Below, in pieces: positions 1 to 22,199 of a stretch of DNA of 64,000 nt. The translations under genes were made by a program, and so were the position numbers. The notes under the pieces are model-generated. The model was not told where the DNA came from and did not search any database. It worked only from the letters and a program-made list of their open reading frames with translations. This stretch comes from Hormiphora californensis. Its lineage: Eukaryota; Animalia; Ctenophora. Location: assembly GCA_020137815.1 (NCBI GenBank), contig CM035350.1, positions 4,154,001-4,218,000 of the forward strand, written 5' to 3'. Every line of letters starts with the position of its first letter. Position 1 is the first letter of the stretch.

Positions 1-2393
<2,393 letters not shown>

Positions 2394-2600
2394 GTCTCAT
2401 AGAAAATGAGTTGTGAAACGCCGAACCTTTATACTGCAAACTTAGACAAAGCGAGCTTTGAACACAAGGCATAAGGATATTGTTTTTAACGTCATTGTCT
2501 AGGATGCCGTATGTGGTCCCTGGCCCCAGGTGGCAGGTTGTTATTTGCCCCTCTAGACAATATATCACCTAACAATATCACTTTTGTTCAGGCCAATGTC

Positions 2601-3304
2601 ATGAACTATTGTCTTGCCCTCTTTGCTACCTTCCTGGCGGTGCTGGCCAGTACGGGCCTCGCTGATGTGAATTGTGTGGCTGAGACCTCCTGTAAACTAT
2701 GTATCAATGGGACGCTCTCAGGGAAGTGTGCATGGTGCGATGCCGACAGCAAGTGTCTCCCTTATAACCCCATTACTGACATCAAAACACTGGAAGGGTG
2801 TAGTACAGACAAGTTCTACGCTTCCAACTGCATTCGTAAGTTTCACCCTAAACTGGATCATCTCTGTATACTATACAGACAGTTTAGTTCTATCTAGATC
2901 CTTGTTTGTTTATATTTGTCTTCTATCTACACAATAATTCTTCCTCTCAGTCGACCACAACATAGTGATAATTGCGGTGGGTATTGGTGTTGGTCTTGTG
3001 GCCCTTGCTGCAGCTGCAGTTACCCTTTGGTGTTGTTGCTGCCGGGGTAGAAAGGCCAGGAAGAAGAAGCTCGCTGATGCAGATGCGGAATACCAGGCTA
3101 GAATGGACGAAATAAGTTCCAAACACGACACACTTAGGGAGGAGAGACAGGCGAAAAATGATGCCATCCGCCAGAAATATGGTAACACGCCTTAAGAATT
3201 ATTTTTCGTTGCAGTATGTATTTATTAAATTTCTCTAATTTTAAGTTTTAACACTCTTTATCACAGGTCTGAAGAAAAGTAGCCCGTACGAACGCTTTGA
3301 ATAA
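2601..3304 (+). CDS. PTTG1IP: PTTG1-interacting protein homolog (PSI domain, TM helix); exons 2601-2835, 2951-3181, 3267-3304
   Basis: Signal peptide, PSI cysteines (C..C...CAWC....C), TM followed by WCCCC, and C-terminus DAIRQKYGLKKSSPYERFE resembling the PTTG1IP KYGL..NPYARF end. Confidence 0.88.
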
Positions 3305-3495
3305 CTGCCAGCCGACTTCCCTCAATTTTCAAACAAAATGAGAATTAAAATGACTGCCGTTAAATAAGAATTTGACGATATACTAATTGCATCTCTAATT
3401 TTAGAGTAACACATATTTTGATTGCCAGTGATTAAGCCGCTATTTTTCTATCCTTCATCAGCGATTGTTTTTCAGATTTCAGATAGCTCATTTTG

Positions 3496-3600
3496 GTAGT
3501 ATGTTAGTTGACAGTGACAGCACTTTAGACTGCTATAGTATAACGTTTCAAACTATATGTTAGCTGTCTAAAGTGCTGACACTTTCAACTAACATATTAC
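3496..3600. repeat. 105-bp imperfect palindrome (MITE-like fold-back)
   Basis: gtagtatgttagttgacagtgacagcactttagactgcta pairs with tagctgtctaaagtgctgacactttcaactaacatattac, with few mismatches. Confidence 0.75.
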
Positions 3601-3606
3601 ACACTA

Positions 3607-3716
3607 AAGTCGGATTTTTTGAAACTGTCACCCCCCTTTTCGTGTGTGGAATGTTTTTGCGCGTCACATCACATGTTAACGTGTGGTGTGCGCGTCAAAA
3701 TTGATAAATCCGACTT
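3607..3716. mobile_element. TA-flanked MITE, internally deleted and inverted copy of the family at 20137-20287
   Basis: TA|aagtcggattttttgaaactgtcacccc ... aaatccgactt|TA; internal sequence is the reverse complement of the 20137 copy. Confidence 0.85.
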
Positions 3717-3970
3717 TATTTTAGTCTTTGTACAGTGATTGATATATATTTTAAAATAATAATGTTTTAAAACGGAGCTTGCGTGATTTTATGTAGCAAC
3801 AAAACAAAGGAAAAGGGAACTGCGACTCGGGACGATGTGTTTTATCTATTGCATTAAATTCGCTGTTTCACCTGCTTCCATGTCTATAAAAAAGTGTTAA
3901 TTCCTTTTGCATCCTATATACAGTGTGTCTACCACGTTTATTATTCTGTCTAGTCCACTCAAAACTTATT

Positions 3971-4093
3971 TGACGTCAGCGACACTTCAGAGCTGTCAAC
4001 TCATATGATTTGTGACGTCACACAACGTGTCAGATACAACTCACCCCCCCCCCCCCCTGTTTGAAGACTTGTGTAGACCCCATTATGACGTCA
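3971..4093. promoter_or_regulatory. Three palindromic TGACGTCA (CRE/ATF) sites upstream of DNAJC7
   Basis: TGACGTCA at 3971, 4013 and 4086, within 150 bp of the ATG at 4117. Confidence 0.5.
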
Positions 4094-4116
4094 CAACTCT
4101 TGTAAACAGGCAGACC

Positions 4117-9959
<5,843 letters not shown>

Positions 9960-10593
9960 TTTGTAGATACCAGAAAGACAAAAGACAATGGCGTCCCGCG
10001 TGTGTGTTGTTTGTGTCAGTGGTTATATTTTTCCACCTGCCTCAAGTTGGTTCTCTTCCCAATCCATCTGTTTCTCAAATACTAAAAGGAAAGGAAGAGC
10101 GACAAAATTGAAGAAAATAAACCCGCGAGAATAACGGGTTACAATTTGATACACTTTCGCTCTCCCTTTCCGTTATGTTTCTAGAAATAAGGACTAGCAG
10201 GTTACAGGGTGGTTCTTGGTTCAATTTTTACATGTCAATACAATGTGATAATAACTTTCTCGCATCTCTCTCCATCCCCTACAAAACTAGAGAAAACATT
10301 TACAATTGATAGGTTATTGGGGGATTTACTGGCAATATAACTGGGAGCAAAATGGTGTGTGGGTAATAACTATTAAATTAGTCGAAGTGGGTAGTAATAT
10401 GGAAAATGGTTCCTTACTCTGCAACAAACACATTAATATCATCAATTCTAATAGATAATACTTAGACAAAAAACCAGCGACATTGTCATTATTTCTCACA
10501 CCAGAGGACAGTCCTTCATTTTCTCTCGCAGATATCTCTACGACGGCATGTCACATAAAATTGAATATAAAAACACACTTGTATCTCGTGTCG

Positions 10594-14742
<4,149 letters not shown>

Positions 14743-14949
14743 CACTTAAAGTAGGCTCTTTCTCTGTAGCTTTTTTCGAGTCTCTTGGTACCTGAAATGT
14801 TGAGCTATTATATTATGTCAGTCTGTAGATCATGCTGTAATCGCCGGTCCTAACCTTTTAATTTAATCTCTCTCACTGTCCATTTCTTTATCTTGATGAC
14901 AAAGAAATGAAAATTTAATAGCTTGAGATGGGATTTGAGTTAAAATGGA

Positions 14950-17122
14950 GTGGAGAGATAACATGCCCTCACCCTTCCCCTCCCTTACTATTTCATAAAA
15001 AACGCCAGTAATAACTCAGTTAGAACACAACTCCTAAAGTACTTTCTATGGTCTTTTCATTGGTAGGAAGGAAAACTGCGTAAAAATAGCTTAGTAAGAC
15101 TAAAAAAACCCCCCAAAATATCACCCTGATAACTGCAAATAAACAAACAAAAAAACCCGGGCCCCCCCAATGAAAAAACCCCCCCGTCCCCCCTTTTTTT
15201 CCACACACCCTTCCCGGTATTGAAGCGTTTTCCCAACATCCCCCTTTTTCCCCGGGGGGAAAGGGGGGGGGGCCCCCCCCCCCCCCCCACCCCCCCCTCC
15301 CCCCTCAAAACCCAACGGGGGACCCCCCCACCGTTCCCTTTAAAACGAAAAAAACCCCCAAAAACACCCGGGGTACAAAACCCCAGGGGGTTCACTAAAC
15401 ACAAAAAATTAAAACGGGGGTTTTCCAACCCCCCCAAAACAAAACCCCATTTCCCCCCCCCGGGGGAAAAGGGGGTAAAAAAAAGGGGTTTTACCCCCCC
15501 CTCCAAATAAAAAAAGGGTTGTTTTATGCCCCAAAGCCAAACCAACCCCTTTTTTGGGGCCCCTTTTTTTTTGAAAAGAAGGAATTTTTAAATGGGCTTT
15601 TTTTTTTTTTTAGTTTTGGTAAAAAAAAGGGGTTTTTTATCAAAAATATCTGAACCCTCCTAAATTTTTTTTGTTTCTTTGATTTTTTAAAATCTTGAGA
15701 CAAAAAAGAAAAAATGGAATATTGAAATTAAAAGGAGGGAGATTTTGAAAAAAAAAAAAAAATTTTTTTTTTTTTTTTCCCAAAAACCCCCTCCCTGTCC
15801 CTTTCCTTTCCCTTTTCTTTTTCCCTCCCCCTCTTTCTTTTTTTTCTCCGCAAAATTTTTTTTCCCCCCCCGGGGGGGTTTTTTTGCGGGCCCCCCCCCC
15901 TTCAAAAACCCCCCGGGGGAAAAACCCATTTTGGAAAAAGGGAATACCCCCCCCCCAAAACCCCCCGGGGAAAAAAACCCCCCGAACAAGGGGGGGGAAT
16001 AAAACAAAAAAGCCCCCAAGAAAGGGGAAAAAAAAATTTCCCGGGAAATTTGGGGGAAAAAGGAAAAAGAAGGGAAACCGGTGGGAGGAAAAAGGGAAAA
16101 GAAGGGAGAGGGGGGAAAGAAAAAAAGGAAAAGAGGGGAAAGAGAAAAGAGGAAAGGGAGGAGGAGAAAAAGAAGAAGGGGAAAACAAAATGGGTTACCC
16201 CAAAGGTTAAAAAATACTTACCATGGCTGGGAATTTTTAAAAAACCCCTTTTTCCTTTTTTTTTTTTCTCCCCCCCCCTTTTTTTCCCTTTTTTCCCCTC
16301 CCCCCCCCTCCCTTTCTTTTTTTTTTTTTTTTCCCTTCCTCTTTTTGGGGGATTCCTTTTTTTTGGGGCAAAAACTCATCGCTCCGGGTGTCTTTTTGGG
16401 AAATGGTGGGTTTTTCAAAGGGGGAAATAAAAAATCCGGTTTTTACCCCCGTTTTCGGGGCGTTTCCTCAAGCTTTTTTCTCCTTTTCTTCTTTCTCTCC
16501 CTCTCTCTCTTTCTCTTCTTTCCCCCCTTTCCCTTTCTCTTTTTCCTCCCCTCTTTTCCTTCCCTTTCCTTTTCCCTTTATTTTAAAAACCCCAAAAATT
16601 TTTTGGGTTTTAAAAAGTCAGACAACAGCTTAACACACATTGCAGCCCAAACAGAAAAAACACCCTTTTTCCCGTAAAATTTTAAAAAACCCCCTTTTGT
16701 CCTCGAAATAGAAAAAAATCCCCCCGACACCCAACACCACTGAGGCCAAAAAACAACCAAAAAACAAAACAAAAAAACCCCTCTCTCGTTTCCGGTCTTT
16801 GAAAAACCCCAAGCCAATTTTTTCCCCAAGGCTGTCTCACATCCTATACCATCGGCTAGCGAATATATAATAAAAAAGAACAAAGAAATGTCGCCTAATT
16901 CTCTACCACCGAGATCCGACAATGGATATATTGTAGCCATTATTATTCCCAAACTCTGCCACACGCCTCACCTTCAGGTAAAAGTAGCTGCTAAAAGGAG
17001 TGGATGTAATGTTGCATATTCCCTTCCGTCGGTGGAGAGAGGAGTTCGAACTGGAACTGTATACAGTGTGTAGATGTGAGGTCAGACACCTAACATACCG
17101 CTACAAACAGAGTGTTCTGTAA
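14950..17122 (+). CDS. Probable rhodanese plus dual-specificity phosphatase (STYXL1/MKP-like) gene buried in homopolymer-corrupted sequence; boundaries approximate
   Basis: Colinear peptide fragments in different frames: ITLITA (~15120), LPGIEAFSQH.PF (~15210), FMPQ (~15525), YLPW (~16215), KLIAPGVFLGN (~16370), KVRQQL/THI (~16615), QG.VS...YIIK (~16825-16875) and PFRRWREEFELELY (~17020). The order matches MKP/STYXL1 architecture. Confidence 0.5.
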
Positions 17123-17549
17123 TTGAGACAGAAATAGGTAGGTATATATATGGCGAGGGAGGAGAGAGAGTGGAGAGATAGAAACAAACGAGATGTGTAT
17201 CAAACTTCAGTAAATCAAAAATAGAGCGTTTACTCTGCAATGAGCTTTGTATTCTTTCTCCATCTCTATCTCTCTCTATCTCTACCTCTCTCTCTCTCTA
17301 TCTCTCTATCTCTCTCCCTCTCTCTCTCTCTATCTCTCTCATCTCTATATCTCTATCTCTCTCCTCTCTCTCTCTCATCTCTATATCTCTATCCCTATCT
17401 CTCTTCATATTCTGTGTTTCTAACAAGATCAATGATCAACATTTGCTTGAACACACATGTGTGTTCCAGCACACACACAAGCAATACAAACACACACTAA
17501 AATAAAACAGTAATTAACATATATAAGAACACGCCCGGGATTGTCCTCG

Positions 17550-19406
17550 TCACGTCTCAGCAAAGATATGCTCTCTTTTGCGATGGCACTGCCAGATCAC
17601 TGCACTGAGGACAACAAAATACACCAGCCCACCGACAAACACACCAACACTCTCGTCATGATCGGTCATTGTGAACAACCTAATGCCATACGATGCAGTC
17701 CACCTGCTCTCTGTCCATGTGCTGTACTGGTCACTGGTGTAGTTGCCAAGCACAAAGGCAGGGGATGTTGCATAAGTGGTGTTCACCATGGTTCCGTAGC
17801 AACTACCCTGGAACTTGTAAAGATACCAAGAGCTGGGTGTGGTGCTGTTACAACTCTCCACCGGGATGTCCTCCAGCAGCGTCTTGCTGTAATACTGGGC
17901 TAAAAGGATGAGGTACTTGGTGTCGTTCCGGATGCCCACACTACTGTACCTGCTCAACAACCCATCGGCTGGGTCTTGGTTTAGGGAATCACGGAGGAGG
18001 GTACAATTCTTGTTGACCGCCAGACACTCCAGAGTCTCAGATATTAGGGTGGAATTGGCAACTGCATACGATGTGGAGTTTCCTCCGGCTATCTGAAGGA
18101 TCACACTGGCTAGTACACCAGACAGGTTACTGTAAAGGTCTACATCGTCATCTGTGTAGTCCAGAATATCATACCTACTTCCATACGCGGAGGAGAGGAG
18201 TTTGGAATCTGTGTCTGTAACTAGGAGGCCAGAAAGATCATCATCCTCCCGATAGAAGCTGTGGAGAGATGAAGGAGGGAGGGTGTCACGTGGGGTAAAC
18301 ACTAGACCAGATGTGTTGGAAAAGTAGCCACGGGCTTGTGTTACAGTGTCATCGGCTTTATATGAATGGAGATAGAGGGAGTTGGAGATACTAATTGGAC
18401 CAATCTCAATAACAAGCTTCACATCTGACAGGGAAATATTATACGGACCGTATCCAAATGACTCATTTCGAAGATCGTATGCGAGCCTCTGAGATCCGCT
18501 GTAGTCCCAGCTCTCTGCTTGGAGAAAGGACACCATAATGTCACACTCCAAGTCCGCAAAGTTATTCTGGGCATCATTATCTCTCACGTTAGCCAGGGCT
18601 CCAATTGTTCCCAAAACCACTGCAATACTGGCAGCAGACGCCTCACCACCATAACTGAGAGACTTGAAGAAAGCAGCTGCATCTGCTTTGGTGACTACCA
18701 GAATTATAGGCTTCCCAGCGACCTCTCTAGGTGCCATGAAGACGTGTGTAGTAACCCCACTAATGGGATCACATGTACCTCGTCTTATACAGGTCTTGGT
18801 ATCCTGGGCTGCATTCATGAACACCTTTATCTCGCCTCCCCACCTTCGGGTTGCAATTATTTTCCCATCAGATCCGAGGTTCTCTAACGCTCTACTGGTT
18901 ACCTTCTCCCTTTCATCTCCCTTGATGAGGGACACCCCAAAGGGCAGGTCGTAGTACATCAGCCAGTTGCCAAGGGGGTTCCATTTGTGAGAGTTGAGGC
19001 ACTGCCTACCTACCACATCAGATGCACTCTCACCAATGTTGTAGCCATTGCCCGGACATGACTTTTCCATCGATTGAGGTTCCATGTCATCCTCTTCCAT
19101 TATCAAGACTCCCTTCGTCTGGGAGTAGGCCTTCAGGGCATTAATTGTGGTGTTGGTGAACAGAGATGCATTAAGGACGGCAATAATAGGAATATCTAAT
19201 GTCTGGAGGTCATCTGCAAGACCATTCTCACTCTGAACCGGGTACAAAATTCCGTTGTCCCCATCTCTACCCGTCTGACACCCAGTCTGACTGTTAAAAT
19301 TGTTCATACGAAAACATATGGTATCCCCAAAGTTGACCTTAGTATAAATAAGATCATTTAATGTCTCAGACGCTGCCAGAGCGAAGAGAAGAACTACAAG
19401 AATCAT
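17550..19406 (-). CDS. NCSTN: Nicastrin (gamma-secretase subunit), single coding exon, about 618 aa
   Basis: Signal peptide from ATG 19406, CFRMNN..SQTGC, WNPLGN, CIRR..CDPISG, ESWDYSGSQR (DYIGS-like), SPAF, YSTWTESRW and a C-terminal TM helix. Confidence 0.96.
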   Translation of the reverse strand: MILVVLLFALAASETLNDLIYTKVNFGDTICFRMNNFNSQTGCQTGRDGDNGILYPVQSENGLADDLQTLDIPIIAVLNASLFTNTTINALKAYSQTKGVLIMEEDDMEPQSMEKSCPGNGYNIGESASDVVGRQCLNSHKWNPLGNWLMYYDLPFGVSLIKGDEREKVTSRALENLGSDGKIIATRRWGGEIKVFMNAAQDTKTCIRRGTCDPISGVTTHVFMAPREVAGKPIILVVTKADAAAFFKSLSYGGEASAASIAVVLGTIGALANVRDNDAQNNFADLECDIMVSFLQAESWDYSGSQRLAYDLRNESFGYGPYNISLSDVKLVIEIGPISISNSLYLHSYKADDTVTQARGYFSNTSGLVFTPRDTLPPSSLHSFYREDDDLSGLLVTDTDSKLLSSAYGSRYDILDYTDDDVDLYSNLSGVLASVILQIAGGNSTSYAVANSTLISETLECLAVNKNCTLLRDSLNQDPADGLLSRYSSVGIRNDTKYLILLAQYYSKTLLEDIPVESCNSTTPSSWYLYKFQGSCYGTMVNTTYATSPAFVLGNYTSDQYSTWTESRWTASYGIRLFTMTDHDESVGVFVGGLVYFVVLSAVIWQCHRKREHIFAET

Positions 19407-19774
19407 TCTTGATAATAAAAGGTGGTATTTCTTGCTCTTCAACCTCCTTCAATCCATTCTGAAAAAAAATTAGTTGATCATTAAATTTCTAGCTTAAAGT
19501 AGTCCGTGGTTGGTCGTCGTGTTCTTGGTATAGTTACTGTCTTTGTGTGGAAACTACGCAGGTGACAGTTCCTCAGAGGCCAGAGCCCCCTATCTCGGGG
19601 AACGGTTCGTATTCCAGAGGAAGATTAAAGAGTCAAAAGTTTAACTACGTTGACGCCACAGGTTCACATAGCACTGTAGCGCCGTTGAAGGGAAAAAAGA
19701 GAAGTGAGCTGTGAGGACACGACTAAAAAAATACCGACTGAGAAGTGAGCTGTGAGACTCAAAAAGAAACAAAA

Positions 19775-20304
19775 CAACAAAACAATAAATCAATTCATCC
19801 TCGGATCAATTCATCCTCGGATCCTCAAGTTCTTCTCAATCCTCTCTTCCTCAGGTCACCAGTTCAGTATTTGTTAGACTAGTGGTAGCAATCTTCCTCC
19901 GATTTCCTCTTAATGCAATAAGGCATGATCTCAGGAGGGAGAATCGTAGCCTCGTCCTCAGGTGAGCCATAACTTCACTGTACGGTTCTCCGGTTCTTGT
20001 GGAAATTCGGTGTGAGAGAGTCTTTAGCACCTTTTGGAACTCATTGGCTATTCCACCTGCTGTATTCATAACCAGCGGAGAGAAGGCACCCCCTTCAACT
20101 TCTCGTACACGTTTTCCGTACGACTGCTTCTTGCTAAAGTCGGATTTTTTGAAACTGTCACCCCAAAATGACCGCGCAAGTGAAATTTATCAATTTTGAC
20201 GCGCACACCACACGTTAACATGTGATGTGACGCGCAAAAACATTCCGCGCACGAAAAGGGGGGTGACAGTTTCAAAAAATCCGACTTTAGCCTCGTTTCT
20301 TCGG
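19775..20304 (-). mobile_element. 5'-truncated CRE-clade non-LTR retrotransposon (RLE C-terminus plus 3' UTR), interrupted by a MITE
   Basis: Removing the MITE restores YRRNEASKKQSYGKRVREVEGGAFSPLVMNTAGG...RTRLRFSLLRSCLIALRG, homologous to the C-terminus of the 22351 ORF; candidate TSD AGAAACAAAA at 19765-19774 and 21996-22005. Confidence 0.85.
20137..20287. mobile_element. 151-bp MITE with TA TSD (Tc1/mariner-type)
   Basis: TIR of about 28 bp, aagtcggattttttgaaactgtcacccc, flanked by TA on both sides; removal restores the CRE reading frame. Confidence 0.92.
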
Positions 20305-20306
20305 TA

Positions 20307-20458
20307 AAGTCCATTTTTTTTCAACTGTTCACCCTCCAACTCCTGCGCGTGCGATATTTTAATTTACGCTGCGCGCGCTACACGTTAACATGTGATAGAC
20401 GCGCAAAACAATTCCGCGCACGACTTTGGGGGGTGAACAGTTGAAAAAAAATGGAGTA
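20307..20458. mobile_element. 152-bp MITE, related family, TA TSD
   Basis: Ends aagtccattttttttcaactgttcaccc / gggtgaacagttgaaaaaaaatggagta; shares the core tacacgttaacatgtgat..acgcgcaaaa..ttccgcgcacga with the neighbouring MITE. Confidence 0.9.
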
Positions 20459-20460
20459 TA

Positions 20461-21994
20461 AAGTCCATTTTTATTCAACTGTTCACCCCTCAACTCGTGC
20501 GCGTGCGATATTTTAATTTACGCGGCGCGCGCTACACGTTAACATGTGATAAACGCGCAAAACAATTCCGCGCACGACTTTGGGGTGCAAAGACACACCC
20601 ACACCTCGCATACAGCAACTTCGTGAGAAGTTTTAAGTGTAAGTGGGGATATCTACAACGAACCATTCCTGACATCGGCCCTCTATTCCAGCCTATCGAA
20701 GACATCATCCGGCACAAGTTCATCCCTCTAGTCGTTGGAAAACATGTGTCTGATCTTGAACGGAGAGTCCTGGCTCTGCCGATAAGGATGGGTGGTTTGG
20801 CAATGGAAGACCCGACGGAAGCCAACACCAATACAGCAGCTCGAGGTTCATCAACACCCCACTCGTTGAATTGATCCTTTCAGACGGGTCTGAAGGCGGC
20901 ACCATAGCAAATGTAGAGTCCTGTGCAGCTAAAAACAAAAAGGAGTGTGAAGAAGCCGCTCAAGAACGGGCTGAGCTTGAACTGAAATCGATAGTGTCTG
21001 AGGCAGATGATCGCCTGAAACGGGCACTGGAGCTTAACTCTGAACAGGGATCTTCAAGCTGGTTATCAGCCAGACCACTCAAACACCTTGATCATGAGTT
21101 AAACCAGAGGGAATTTGTTGATGCCATTCGTCTGAGATACGGCTTTCATTTCTCGGATCTTCCTTCCAAATGTGGATGTGGGGCTGACAATAATGCAGAC
21201 CATGCCCTAATCTGCAAGGTTGGTGGGTTCGATATATGGAGACACGATCATCTGAGGGACACCATGGCCGAGTTGTTCAGGTATGCAGGATTGAAACCGG
21301 TGACTACAGAACAGCTGCTTCTACCGTGTGAAGGACATACATTTCCTGTCAGTGCCAACACCAGGGACGATGCCCGAATGGACATAGTATGCCGAGGTCT
21401 ATGGCGGGATATGGAGGCATCCTACCTCGATGTGCGGGTGTTTCACCCTAATGCTCCCTCCTACCAGAAAACATCAATCGCTCAGCTGCACAGAACTCAC
21501 CAGAACCAGAAGAAAATGGCCTATTTGAGGAGGGTTCTAAACGTAGAGCAGGGTAGCTTCACTCCTCTTGTGTTTGCTACTTCAGGAGGCTTCGCACCAG
21601 AGGTTAAACGAGTTCTGGAATGCGTTGGACACAAAATCTGCTCCAAGCACCAAGAAGGACTCAGTGAGACGATGTCTTTTATAAGACAAAAGCTCAGATT
21701 TAGCCTGTTGAGATCAACCTTAGTAGCATTGAGGGGCACTAAGAGGCGATGTATACCATTTATGCCGAGCGAAGTTGATTTCAGAGTGACGTAATTTATT
21801 CTGTGTTTACTTTTATAAATCGCTAGGGACGTGCGTGGTGTACCAGGAGTGGTGAATTATGCAGCCATTCTTTATTGTGTCTCTACCTCTTTTCTCCGTG
21901 TCCTAACACAATATACCTATGGTACACCCGCACACGTGTTCCGTTTTCCACGTTTATCACTTTGGGGGGTGAACAGTTGAAAAAAAATGGAGTA
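20461..21994. mobile_element. Tandem second copy of the 152-bp MITE, split by a CRE insertion (parts 20461-20585 and 21959-21994)
   Basis: Left part is nearly identical to 20307-20430; the right TIR resumes at 21959. Confidence 0.88.
20586..21958 (+). mobile_element. 5'-truncated, frameshifted CRE-clade retrotransposon (RT thumb, zinc knuckle, RLE) with 9-bp TSD
   Basis: AKTHPHLAYSNFVRS...CGCGADNNADHALIC...RHD...RMDIVCRG...YLDVRVFHPNAPSY; TSD ACTTTGGGG at 20577-20585 and 21959-21967; frameshift near 20825. Confidence 0.92.
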
Positions 21995-22199
21995 TAGAAA
22001 CAAAAAACCGACGCGACTCAAAAAATACTTTTTTTTTGTTCGTTTCGTGACACCTGTCCGCGCTGCATTTGAACCAAAAAACTGGAGGGCGCGAGTTTTG
22101 TTGGCTTAAAGCGCTGCTTTTTCAAATATCGAACGCGCGCGCCGAAATTTCAAGCGCGAGTCGAGCGGAAATTTCCGAACGTGAACTTCCGAAAACGTT

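Noticed and set aside
15020-16830. Long K/G/F/P-rich ORFs (e.g. 15640..16188, 16081..16677)
   Set aside because: They arise from homopolymer-inflated, probably erroneous sequence.
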